From contig JBAVZT010000483.1 in assembly GCA_049588955.1 (NCBI GenBank), positions 1 through 36,989 of the forward strand: a stretch of DNA of 36,989 nt, in the 5' to 3' direction. The stretch comes from Rhodanobacteraceae bacterium. Lineage in GTDB: Bacteria; Pseudomonadota; Gammaproteobacteria; Xanthomonadales; Rhodanobacteraceae. The notes beneath the pieces were generated by a model. It had not been told where the DNA came from and ran no database searches. It worked only from the letters and a program-made list of their open reading frames with translations. The position numbers were made by a program, and so were the translations under genes. Below, in pieces: positions 9,059 to 17,333 of this stretch; within the stretch, counting starts at the first letter, position 1, and every line of letters starts with the position of its first letter.

Positions 9059-10357
9059 CTAAACGCTAATTGCATCCTGAGCGGCAGGCGCTTGCGTATC
9101 CATGCGCCGATGCGCGCGCGCGAGCGCGCCACCATTGATCGCCCACAACAGGGCGATGAGTGCGCCGAACAGCGCCGCGACGGCGGGCTGCTGGGCGATC
9201 ATGTCGACTACGATCTTGAGCCAGCTGCTGACTGCATCGGCGCCCCGATAGACGACGGTGTCGACGAAATTCTTGGCCTTGTATTTGGCCTGCGTACTGA
9301 CTGCGGTCCACAGCATTTCGCGGCCCGGCCGCACGAACGCGTACTCGCCGGCACGTCGTGCCACCATGACCACGGCCAGCACCGCAAAGGTCGGCGCGAA
9401 AGCCAGCCAGACGAAGCCGCACATCGCAATGACCGGCACGGCGACCAGCAACACCCCGATACCCAGACGCTGCGCCACGCGCCCCGTAATGAACAGTTGC
9501 GACAGGATCGCCAGCATCTGCACGGTCGTATCGATGAGGCCGAAAATCCGGGTCTGTTCGGTCGAATCCGGAAAACGGACGGCCACGAGGCGCGCCTGCT
9601 CGAAGTAAAGGAACGTGTTTACGCTGGCCAGCAGCAGAACGAACACGGCGATGCCGAGCATGTACGGCGACTTGAGCACCTCGGTCGCGCCCGCCACAGG
9701 ACTGCCTCCGAGCGGGCTGTGTCGCTGCGTCGATTCATCGGCACCGAGCGGATGCGCCTCGCGCCAGCGTTGCACCGCACTCGCGGAAACCGCCGCCGCG
9801 ACCAGCAATCCGGCCGACAGCAGCAACAAACCGGCGTGACCGATCGAGCCGACCAGCAGCACGCCAAGCAACGGACCGACCAGACCACCGAGACTGGCGC
9901 CGGCCGCCATCAGGCCGAACAAGCGCTTGGCCTGTTCGACCGCGAACAAGTCCACCAGCACGCTCCACGCCACCGAAATCGCGATCAGGTTGAAGACCGA
10001 CAGCCAGATGTAGAACGTGCGCGCCAGCCACACGTTGTCGGGCTGCGACAGGAAGCCGAATGCGAACGCAGCAAGGTTGCTGGCAAAAAAGCCGAACACC
10101 CAGTACAGAATGCGCCTGCGCTGCACGCGCCCGGCGACCCAGCCGAACACCGGCATCGCGGCGAGCGTGGAGACGAACGTGCCGGTGAACAACCATTGCA
10201 GGTTCTTCACGCCGCCGGTGAGGCCCATCGTCTCGCGCACCGGGCGCAGCAGAAAATAGCCCGCGAACAACAGGAAAAACAGGGTGAAGCCGGCGATCAC
10301 CGCGCCCGCTTCGTCGCCACGCAGATTGAACAGCGTGGTCAGACGGCTGCGCAGCAC
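9059..10357 (-). CDS. MFS transporter, NTP/NDP (ATP/ADP) antiporter-like family (COG3202-like)
   Basis: YFLLRPVRETMG, FYIWLSVFNL, QAKRLFGL, RPGREMLW, KYKAKNFVDTVVYRGAD; about 12 hydrophobic segments. Confidence 0.85.
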   Translation of the reverse strand: MLRSRLTTLFNLRGDEAGAVIAGFTLFFLLFAGYFLLRPVRETMGLTGGVKNLQWLFTGTFVSTLAAMPVFGWVAGRVQRRRILYWVFGFFASNLAAFAFGFLSQPDNVWLARTFYIWLSVFNLIAISVAWSVLVDLFAVEQAKRLFGLMAAGASLGGLVGPLLGVLLVGSIGHAGLLLLSAGLLVAAAVSASAVQRWREAHPLGADESTQRHSPLGGSPVAGATEVLKSPYMLGIAVFVLLLASVNTFLYFEQARLVAVRFPDSTEQTRIFGLIDTTVQMLAILSQLFITGRVAQRLGIGVLLVAVPVIAMCGFVWLAFAPTFAVLAVVMVARRAGEYAFVRPGREMLWTAVSTQAKYKAKNFVDTVVYRGADAVSSWLKIVVDMIAQQPAVAALFGALIALLWAINGGALARAHRRMDTQAPAAQDAISV

Positions 10358-10373
10358 GCGATGCCTTGCCCCG

Positions 10374-11345
10374 TCAGCTCAGCGCCGCGATCAGCGCGGC
10401 ACGCTGGCGCTGATCGAGCAATGCGCCGACGCCGCCATTCAGATTGTCGGTTTCGTTGCGCGGCTTCGAAGTCGCCGGGATAACCACGGTCACCGCCGGT
10501 TGGCTGAGCACAAATTTCAGGAATAACTGCGCCCAGGAATCGGCACCGACCTCGTGCGCCCAAACCGGAACCGCCCTGCCCTTGACGCGCGCGAACAGCC
10601 GTCCGTCCTCGAACGCTCGATTGATCATCACCGCGATGCCCATATCGCGCGCCAGCGGGAAAATGCGCTTCTCGGCGCCGCGCGTCACCGGCGAATAATT
10701 GATCTGCACGAAGTCCGGCTTCAGCGCCTGCATCGCATCGGCCATTTCATCCTGGGCACGCTCGAGATAGTGCGTCAGGCCAACATACTTCACCTTGCCC
10801 TGTTGCTTGAGTTCTCGCGCTAATGCGAGCTGGGTCCGGGTATCACGCAGGTTGTGTACCTGCAGCAACTCGACCTTGTCGGTCCTGAGCCGATTCAGCG
10901 ATTGCTCGAACTGCGCGAGCCCCTCGGCGCGTCCGCTGACGCCGGACAGCTTGGTGGCCAGGAACAGCCGCTCGCGTATGCCGGCCTCGGCGATCAGATC
11001 GCCGAGCACCGATTCGGCACTGCCGTAGGTCGGTGCGGTATCGATGACACTCGCGCCGGCGGCGACCAGGCGTGCAAGCACCTCGCGCAGCGGCGCGCGT
11101 TCGCCAGCGCCGGTTCCAACCTCGAAGCTGCCCGATGTGCCGAGACCCATCACCGGAATTTCCTCGCCACTCGACGGGATCGCACGCCGGCGCAGCGTAC
11201 CGGAGAACCTCTTGGGTTCGGCGGGGCCCGCCCCGCGCCCCGGCGCGGCGGATACGGAATCCCGGCCGCCTGCGGCAAACGGCATCAGCGCCATGGCGGC
11301 CGTCGCCAGCGAACCATCGATGATGAAATTTCGACGTGAGGCCAT
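10374..11345 (-). CDS. Aldo/keto reductase with twin-arginine signal
   Basis: SRRNFI Tat motif + hydrophobic stretch; GLGT, IDTAPTYG, LATK, LQVHN (D/Y/K/H tetrad), VIPATSK. Confidence 0.92.
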   Translation of the reverse strand: MASRRNFIIDGSLATAAMALMPFAAGGRDSVSAAPGRGAGPAEPKRFSGTLRRRAIPSSGEEIPVMGLGTSGSFEVGTGAGERAPLREVLARLVAAGASVIDTAPTYGSAESVLGDLIAEAGIRERLFLATKLSGVSGRAEGLAQFEQSLNRLRTDKVELLQVHNLRDTRTQLALARELKQQGKVKYVGLTHYLERAQDEMADAMQALKPDFVQINYSPVTRGAEKRIFPLARDMGIAVMINRAFEDGRLFARVKGRAVPVWAHEVGADSWAQLFLKFVLSQPAVTVVIPATSKPRNETDNLNGGVGALLDQRQRAALIAALS

Positions 11346-11444
11346 GGGTCGACCGCGACTCGTGTTCGGCTGAATTCCGATTCTCTGCCTGCCGGCGTAA
11401 AGCGTGCGTTATGGGTATCGGTAGCGATTTCGAGATCGTCCCGC

Positions 11445-11635
11445 TCACCAGACGCGGCAGCGCTTCTCAGCAACCATCGGCTGGCCTTTCCTGCACGAAA
11501 ACGCGGACTGGAATTGCGGCTCGGCGTGTAGGGCAACGCACTGGTCGGCGCATCCCTCGAACTACCAGCGGCCGCCGCCACGCCGCGGAAGCAAAGCGCG
11601 CCAAGCGCGGCACCAACAACGAATCGGATTTGCAT
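11445..11635 (-). pseudogene. M13 (neprilysin/PepO-type) metallopeptidase remnant with large internal deletion
   Basis: SD GGGGAG + ATG 11635 encodes MQIRFVVGAALGALCFRGVAAAAGSSRDAPTSALPYTPS, joined out of frame to PQFQSAFSCRKGQPMVAEKRCRVW-TGA (11519-11445), the typical M13 C-terminus. Confidence 0.8.
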
Positions 11636-11856
11636 CGAAGCTCTCCCCGCAAGCAGCGGCCGAAGATAGCCGCCGCCATATGCCGCCGCAACAGCTGAAC
11701 GGCACAGACCGCGCACAGCGACCGGCACGCCGGAAAATCCCGTGCACGCGGGTCCGGTTGTGGCACCCGACTGCGCGCTTTTGCGTTTCCTTGAACAGGC
11801 ACAAGGCGCAAGAGCGCGCGGCTCGAGCCCCTGATATACGAATCGGAGTCCACACA

Positions 11857-12186
11857 ATGAATCGAAACGATATATGTCCGATCACCGGCTACCGCGCGCG
11901 AAGCGCCAAGCCGGACCTGCTCGCCGCGCTGGCAGCGGCGGTCGTCTGCGCTCTCTTCTTCGCGCAGGCAAGTGCCCAGATGGCGATCGATGGGCACGTC
12001 ATCGCCGGCGGCGGGGGTTCAAGTACGTCGCCTGGGGGTTGTCTGCACCTTGACGCGACCATCGGCGAACCGGTGACCGGCAATTCGTCGGCGGCCGGCT
12101 GGGTTCTCGACGCCGGTTATTGGGCCGGTATCGGAGCCGGCAAGCGCAATTCCCTGTTCAACAGCGGATTCGAGGAGTGTCAGTAA
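11857..12186 (+). CDS. Small secreted Gly-rich protein (~109 aa) with C-terminal NSLFNSGFE motif
   Basis: GGAG SD; signal peptide ending ASA; IDGHVIAGGGGSS..LDATIGEP..LDAGYW; stop overlaps the next ATG (TAATG). Confidence 0.8.
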   Translation: MNRNDICPITGYRARSAKPDLLAALAAAVVCALFFAQASAQMAIDGHVIAGGGGSSTSPGGCLHLDATIGEPVTGNSSAAGWVLDAGYWAGIGAGKRNSLFNSGFEECQ

Positions 12187-13046
12187 TGAAGACCATCTGT
12201 TCGCCCTTGCATTTCCGGCATCTGGCATGCCTGGCGCTGGGTTTCGCTCTCGCGGCGTCAGCCATCGCTGCACCGACCGCTCCTCAACTGCCCGATTTCA
12301 CCTATCAGGGTCATCTTACGCAGAACGGGATGCCTGCCAATGGCGATTTCGACCTCACGTTCGCCCTGTTCAACGCGAGCGCTGCGGGCACCCAGTTCGG
12401 CGCGACGATTGTCGAGAACAACTTTCCCGTCAACGATGGCTTGTTCGACATCTCGCTGAGTTTCCCGGGCGCGTTCACCGGCACGCAATTGTGGCTGCAA
12501 GTCAGCGTCAACGGCGTCCCGCTGTCACCGCGCCAACCGGTTTCGACCGCGCCGGTCGCCCAGTTTGCGCTGAGCGGAACGATCGGCGGCGCAGCCGGCG
12601 GCGATCTGACCGGATCGTATCCGAACCCGACCCTGGCCAGCAGCTCGGTCACCAATTCCAAGATCGCCAGCGGAGCCGTCAGCTCCAGCAAACTCGGCAC
12701 ATCATCGGTCACCGCCGACAAGATCGCGAGCGGCGCAGTCGATACAACCGCGCTGGCCACGGACAGCGTGACCCGCAGCAAGATCGCCGGCGGGTCCGCC
12801 TCCGGCGGCATTTCCATCAGTCTCGGGGCGTCGCAATGCGCCGACGCGAACATTGGTGTCGCCGGCGCACAGCCCGGCGACATAGTCATCTTCGGCCTTC
12901 AGGCCGGTGCCACCTTGCCAGCCAAGGTGCTGGTCATGCCGCTCAAGGTTGCGTCCGCCGGAACGGTCGTGACCCGTTTCTGCAATCTCGGTACGACGTC
13001 GGTGAGTTTCTCGAGCGTGCAGGTCTCCCTACAGACTTTCCGCTAG
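12186..13046 (+). CDS. Secreted fibre-like protein: FTYQG N-terminal domain + 10-residue repeats + beta-rich C-terminal domain
   Basis: Signal peptide ending AIA; FTYQGHL..FALF..GLF..WLQVSV..LSPRQPV..APVA; GGDLTGSYPNP; V[TS]xxK[IL]A repeats. Confidence 0.8.
   Translation: MKTICSPLHFRHLACLALGFALAASAIAAPTAPQLPDFTYQGHLTQNGMPANGDFDLTFALFNASAAGTQFGATIVENNFPVNDGLFDISLSFPGAFTGTQLWLQVSVNGVPLSPRQPVSTAPVAQFALSGTIGGAAGGDLTGSYPNPTLASSSVTNSKIASGAVSSSKLGTSSVTADKIASGAVDTTALATDSVTRSKIAGGSASGGISISLGASQCADANIGVAGAQPGDIVIFGLQAGATLPAKVLVMPLKVASAGTVVTRFCNLGTTSVSFSSVQVSLQTFR
12633..12788 (+). repeat. About five 10-aa (30-bp) coding repeats
   Basis: LASSSVTNSK/IASGAVSSSK/LGTSSVTADK/IASGAVDTTA/LATDSVTRSK/IA. Confidence 0.8.
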
Positions 13047-13138
13047 CGAATTACAGCCCCAATCCGCGAGCCGCGTGGTTCGACGGTGGATGAGGGCGCC
13101 GCTCGGACCGATTCGCCTGCGTCGACACCGATTCGCGA

Positions 13139-14491
13139 TCAATGCGCTCCGTCAAACCCGTCGATGAAGATCACGTCGGACGACTGTGGCTGTTGCACCT
13201 CGTACGCCCCGATATCCGCGGCCGGTCCGATTACCCGTTGGAAACCGGTGCGACGCTGATCGTAGGGCAGTCCGGCCAGATTGTTGCCTGCGTCGATCGC
13301 GGGGCTGCCGGGGATGAGCGCGTGCGTAGGCGTTGGCCCGCCGTTGTCGGCAAGTGGCGCAAGCATGGGATCGCCGTCGATCGTGTCCGGCGGCACGACG
13401 CCGTTCGACGACATGATCAGATTGTTGGAGCCGATGATCGTCTGGTCGGGGCCATTCAGGCTCAGGTCGTCGTGAACGCCACCGACCACGTTGTCCGCGA
13501 TGATCGAACTGCGCAGACTCACGTATTCGTGTAAGCCCCCAATCAGCACTCCGCCCCCATGAACGTAAGGCGTCGTCGGGAGCGCAGCGCTATTGAACGC
13601 GATGGTGCTGTTCCAGATCTCCAGCAGACGGTCATGGCTCCAGATGCCGGCGTTGCCGAATACAGCGTAATTCCCCGAAATGGTGCTGTTCACGATGTAC
13701 GATGCCCCGTTGCCATAGAGTGCGGCAGCGCCCGCAAGATACGCGCTGTTTCCGCTGATCGTGGATTCCCGGATCGACACATCGGATCGTGACGAGAGGC
13801 CGCCGCCCGAGACATAGCCACCGCCACCTTCGACGATGTTGCCGGTAATCGTGCTGGTCGCGATCGACAAGGTGCCCTGCGAATGGACGCCGCCTCCGCT
13901 TGCGTAGCTGTAGCTGCACGCTGCCGGCAGTACTTCGTTGGTCTCGACCGTACTCTGCCCGAGATAAGTGTCGTTTCGGGAAAACACCCCGCCACCGCGC
14001 GCGGCGCAGGCAAAATCCTGCGCCGACGCAACAAGACAATCGCGCACGGTGACATTGCGCAATACGACGCTGCCGCTGGAATAGACGCACCCGCCGAAAG
14101 CCGGGTTCTGGCCGGTGACGGCGCCTTCCGCAAACAGGATTCCGCTGGCGTAGAGCGTACCGGCACCATAGTGCGCAATGACGCGGCTGTTGCCGGCTCC
14201 AGATATCGTCTGTCCGCTGCCATGCAGACTGATGGTATCGAGCGCTGTGGCCAATTGGCCCGAAGTCAGCGTAATGACGCTGCACGCCAGTTGTGTCAGA
14301 TCGATGGAATCGCCACTTGCGGCGCTCGCCAGGACGGTCCTCAGACTTCCGGGACCATCATCATCGCAATTGGTGACCGTAAGCGTGTCCGCGACCGACG
14401 CACCGACCGCCGGCACATTCTGGATGGTTTGTGCATGGACATCGACAGCCAGGATCGCCGCAATGCCTGCTACAAGCGCGCGTCGGCGCAT
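13139..14491 (-). CDS. Secreted beta-helix/polymorphic-repeat protein with choice-of-anchor Q domain
   Basis: VTNCDDDGPGSLR; repeated GGG[VL]/STI[ST]GN; DPMLAPLADNGGPTPTHAL.PGSPAIDAG..DQR..DIGAYE; ends DVIFIDGFDGAH; start 14491 (alternative 14542). Confidence 0.88.
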   Translation of the reverse strand: MRRRALVAGIAAILAVDVHAQTIQNVPAVGASVADTLTVTNCDDDGPGSLRTVLASAASGDSIDLTQLACSVITLTSGQLATALDTISLHGSGQTISGAGNSRVIAHYGAGTLYASGILFAEGAVTGQNPAFGGCVYSSGSVVLRNVTVRDCLVASAQDFACAARGGGVFSRNDTYLGQSTVETNEVLPAACSYSYASGGGVHSQGTLSIATSTITGNIVEGGGGYVSGGGLSSRSDVSIRESTISGNSAYLAGAAALYGNGASYIVNSTISGNYAVFGNAGIWSHDRLLEIWNSTIAFNSAALPTTPYVHGGGVLIGGLHEYVSLRSSIIADNVVGGVHDDLSLNGPDQTIIGSNNLIMSSNGVVPPDTIDGDPMLAPLADNGGPTPTHALIPGSPAIDAGNNLAGLPYDQRRTGFQRVIGPAADIGAYEVQQPQSSDVIFIDGFDGAH

Positions 14492-14755
14492 GTTTGATAA
14501 AGCAGGCGCCACGGTCTGCACGAAATATCGCTCAGAGTCCATCTTCACGCAAAATGTTCTGGCCTCCGTCCTCCACCGCATATTCGCCCGGTTTGACCAT
14601 CAGCCATGATGGCAACCAGTAAACGTGAACAGCGACAGGACGGACTTCGGAGCAGGATGATCATGATCGGATCCCCGGATGTCGTCCCACATGGATCGGC
14701 CACCCCTTATACCAATGGATGGCCGGCCATACCAACCGACCGGGAACAGCGATTG

Positions 14756-14773
14756 CGGACATGAACCTGTCCG
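14756..14773. promoter_or_regulatory. Candidate enhancer (bEBP binding) inverted repeat
   Basis: CGGACA-N6-TGTCCG about 75-90 bp upstream of the sigma-54 motif. Confidence 0.4.
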
Positions 14774-14846
14774 AATACGAACGCCGCGGCAATCGATGGC
14801 GCCAGGAGTCAGCGGAAAAACGGGACGGGGCGTGGAATCCAAAGCG

Positions 14847-14862
14847 TGGCACACGGATTGCT
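14847..14862 (+). promoter_or_regulatory. Sigma-54 (-24/-12) promoter
   Basis: TGGCAC-ACGGA-TTGCT matches TGGCAC-N5-TTGC[AT] with exact GG/GC spacing, about 40 bp before ATG 14904. Confidence 0.75.
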
Positions 14863-14903
14863 TCGCTGGCGACTGAAATCACACAGATGCAGAAGAGAAT
14901 CGC

Positions 14904-17306
14904 ATGCTGATTTCCGGACTCAGGCAAGCCTTGCGTACACTGCTGCTCCGTCAGAACCGCGGTTACAGCGCTTCGTCGATCCTGATGTTCGCGCTGGGCA
15001 TCGCCGCGGTGACGACGATCTTCAGCGTTCTCTACGCGGTGCTGCTCGCGCCGCTGCCTTATCGCGATCCCTATCGCCTGTTGTCGCTGGCCGAATCGCG
15101 ACCGTCCAGCGGGATCGATCTGTTCTCGGTATCCGGCCCGAATTACCTGTCGTGGACCGAACGGACGCACAGCTTCTCGGGACTCTCCGCGTATCTCGAC
15201 GGCAACGTGAACCTCAACGGCCGCGATGGTGCGATGCGACTCGCGAGCGCCGCGGTGACACCCAATCTGTGGCGCGTGCTCGGCACGCCGCTGGTCGCCG
15301 GGCGCACTTTCTCGCAAATCGAGGACAGCCGGAACTCGGGCGTGGTCATCATCGGTGAAGATCTGTGGCGACGCCGGTTCGGCGGCGACACGGCTGTGCT
15401 CGGCCGAACCCTGCGCATCGACGGCTCTCCGCGCGTCGTCATCGGTATTGCGCCACGCGAAACCGCCTTGAGCAACGACGCGCAGATCTGGCTGCCGCTC
15501 GCGCTGCGCGACGCGACAGAGGGGCGGGGCGACAAACGCCTCAATGTGATTGGTCGTCTCGCACCCGCCGTCTCGCGTACCGCGGCCGATGCCGACATGC
15601 GCGCGATCGCGTCCGATCTCGCAGCCCGGTTTCCCGACGACAACCGCGACTGGACGGTCGAGACCGTTCCCGTACGCGACTGGATCGTTGGCGCGCCGAT
15701 GCGTGCCCGCGTGCTGACGCTCACACTCGCGGTGCTGTTGTTGTTGCTGGTCGCCTGCATCAATATCGCAAACCTGCAAATCGCACGCGCGACCCAGCGC
15801 GAGCGCGAAATCGGTGTTCGCCAGGCGCTTGGCGCGACTCGCGCGCGACTGATGCGCCAGATTGTTGCGGAATGCCTGGTACTGGCCGCCATCGGCGGAG
15901 TGCTCGGAATCGCGCTCGGCGCAGCCGCGATCCGCGTGACGGCGCACCTGCTCGGCGCATCGGTACCACGTCTGGAATCACTCACACTGGTGTGGCCGGT
16001 TGCGCTGGTCGCCCTTGCGATTACCGCACTGACCGCGCTGGTCTGCGGACTTGCACCCGCCGCGGTCGCCGCGCGCTCAAAGGCCACAATCGCGCTGCAC
16101 AATATCGGACGATCGGCCACGGACGCGCCACGAACGCCCTTGCGCGAGGCACTCATCGTCGCCCAGTTCGCGCTGGCGACGCTCCTCGTCATCGCATCGG
16201 TCCTGCTCGTGCAGCAGTTCCGCTCGATCCAGGCGAATGCGCTCGGGTTTACACCGCAGCACGTGCTGACCGCGCGCATTACCTTGCCGGATGACGACAA
16301 CGGCACCAACTACCGGCGAAATCGGGAGGCCTACGAACGCCTGCTCGGCGAGGTGCGCGGCATACCCGGCGTCGAGCGCGTCGGTCTCGGGAGCGAAATT
16401 CCGCTCGGACAACTGAATACGACTTCGATGGCCGTGGCCGTCGGCGCCAGCGCTGCCGAGGCGCGGTCCACCGGCATACAAACTGCGTGGCGCGTCGTGA
16501 CGGCCGATTTTCTCGACGCGCTCGAGGTCCCGCTGCTGCGCGGTCGCAACTTCGCGGCTTCCGGCGAGGCCAGCCACTCGATGCTCATGAGCGCGGGCCT
16601 GGTGCGAAGACTGTGGCCGCGCGGCGACGATCCTCTCGGGCGGCGCGTGACACTGAGCAATGGCCAGACCTACAACATCGTCGGCGTCGTCGGCGACGTT
16701 CGCCAAAGCGATCGTGCGGGCGATCCCACGCCAAGCGTCTACATGCCGACAACCTGGATCACGCTCTCGACCATGACGCTGGCGCTGCGTACTCACGGTG
16801 ACCCGACCGTTTCGATCGGCGCGGTGCGTGAAGCGGCGCGTCGCGCGATACCGGGACATCCGCTGTTCGACATCCGCACGCTCAGCGATGTCGCGGCCGC
16901 AAACGTCGCGGAGCCGCGTGCACAAACCGCGGTAGTCGCGCTGTTCGGAGCCGTGAGTCTGCTGCTGGCCGCCATCGGCGTCGCCGGCCTCACCGCGTTC
17001 CTGATCGCGCGCCGCACACCCGAACTGGCGGTGCGCATGGCGCTCGGTGCGTCCACATGGCGCATCGTGCTTCACGTCATGTCGCGCGGCGGCATGTTGT
17101 GCGTGACCGGCATCGTCACCGGTTGCGCGCTTGCCATCGCGCTGGCACGCGGCGTGAACAGCATGGCTTTCGCGCTGCAGGTGAATATCGAACCGAGCCT
17201 CGTCGGCACGGCCGTCTGCCTGAGTGCAATCGGTCTGGTGGCCTGCTGGATTCCGGCCCGACGAGCAGCTGCAATCAGCCCGAGTCTGGCACTGCGCGGG
17301 GAATAG
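14904..17306 (+). CDS. Duplicated MacB/FtsX-type ABC transporter permease (ADOP-like), no ATPase gene adjacent
   Basis: ALGIAAVTTIFSVLYAVLLAPLPYRDP; LLVACINIANL..REREIGVRQALGA; second half RRTPELAVRMALGA; ends IPARRAAAISPSLALRGE. Confidence 0.92.
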   Translation: MLISGLRQALRTLLLRQNRGYSASSILMFALGIAAVTTIFSVLYAVLLAPLPYRDPYRLLSLAESRPSSGIDLFSVSGPNYLSWTERTHSFSGLSAYLDGNVNLNGRDGAMRLASAAVTPNLWRVLGTPLVAGRTFSQIEDSRNSGVVIIGEDLWRRRFGGDTAVLGRTLRIDGSPRVVIGIAPRETALSNDAQIWLPLALRDATEGRGDKRLNVIGRLAPAVSRTAADADMRAIASDLAARFPDDNRDWTVETVPVRDWIVGAPMRARVLTLTLAVLLLLLVACINIANLQIARATQREREIGVRQALGATRARLMRQIVAECLVLAAIGGVLGIALGAAAIRVTAHLLGASVPRLESLTLVWPVALVALAITALTALVCGLAPAAVAARSKATIALHNIGRSATDAPRTPLREALIVAQFALATLLVIASVLLVQQFRSIQANALGFTPQHVLTARITLPDDDNGTNYRRNREAYERLLGEVRGIPGVERVGLGSEIPLGQLNTTSMAVAVGASAAEARSTGIQTAWRVVTADFLDALEVPLLRGRNFAASGEASHSMLMSAGLVRRLWPRGDDPLGRRVTLSNGQTYNIVGVVGDVRQSDRAGDPTPSVYMPTTWITLSTMTLALRTHGDPTVSIGAVREAARRAIPGHPLFDIRTLSDVAAANVAEPRAQTAVVALFGAVSLLLAAIGVAGLTAFLIARRTPELAVRMALGASTWRIVLHVMSRGGMLCVTGIVTGCALAIALARGVNSMAFALQVNIEPSLVGTAVCLSAIGLVACWIPARRAAAISPSLALRGE

Positions 17307-17333
17307 GCGATTGAGGTTGCGCCACTCGTAGCG

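Noticed and set aside
11761..11775. TGGCAC...TGC sigma-54-like motif upstream of the secreted pair
   Set aside because: GG-to-GC spacing is one base short of the strict -24/-12 requirement
12186..13046. Prophage tail-fibre gene
   Set aside because: It has a Sec signal peptide, and the window has no phage structural, integrase or lysis genes
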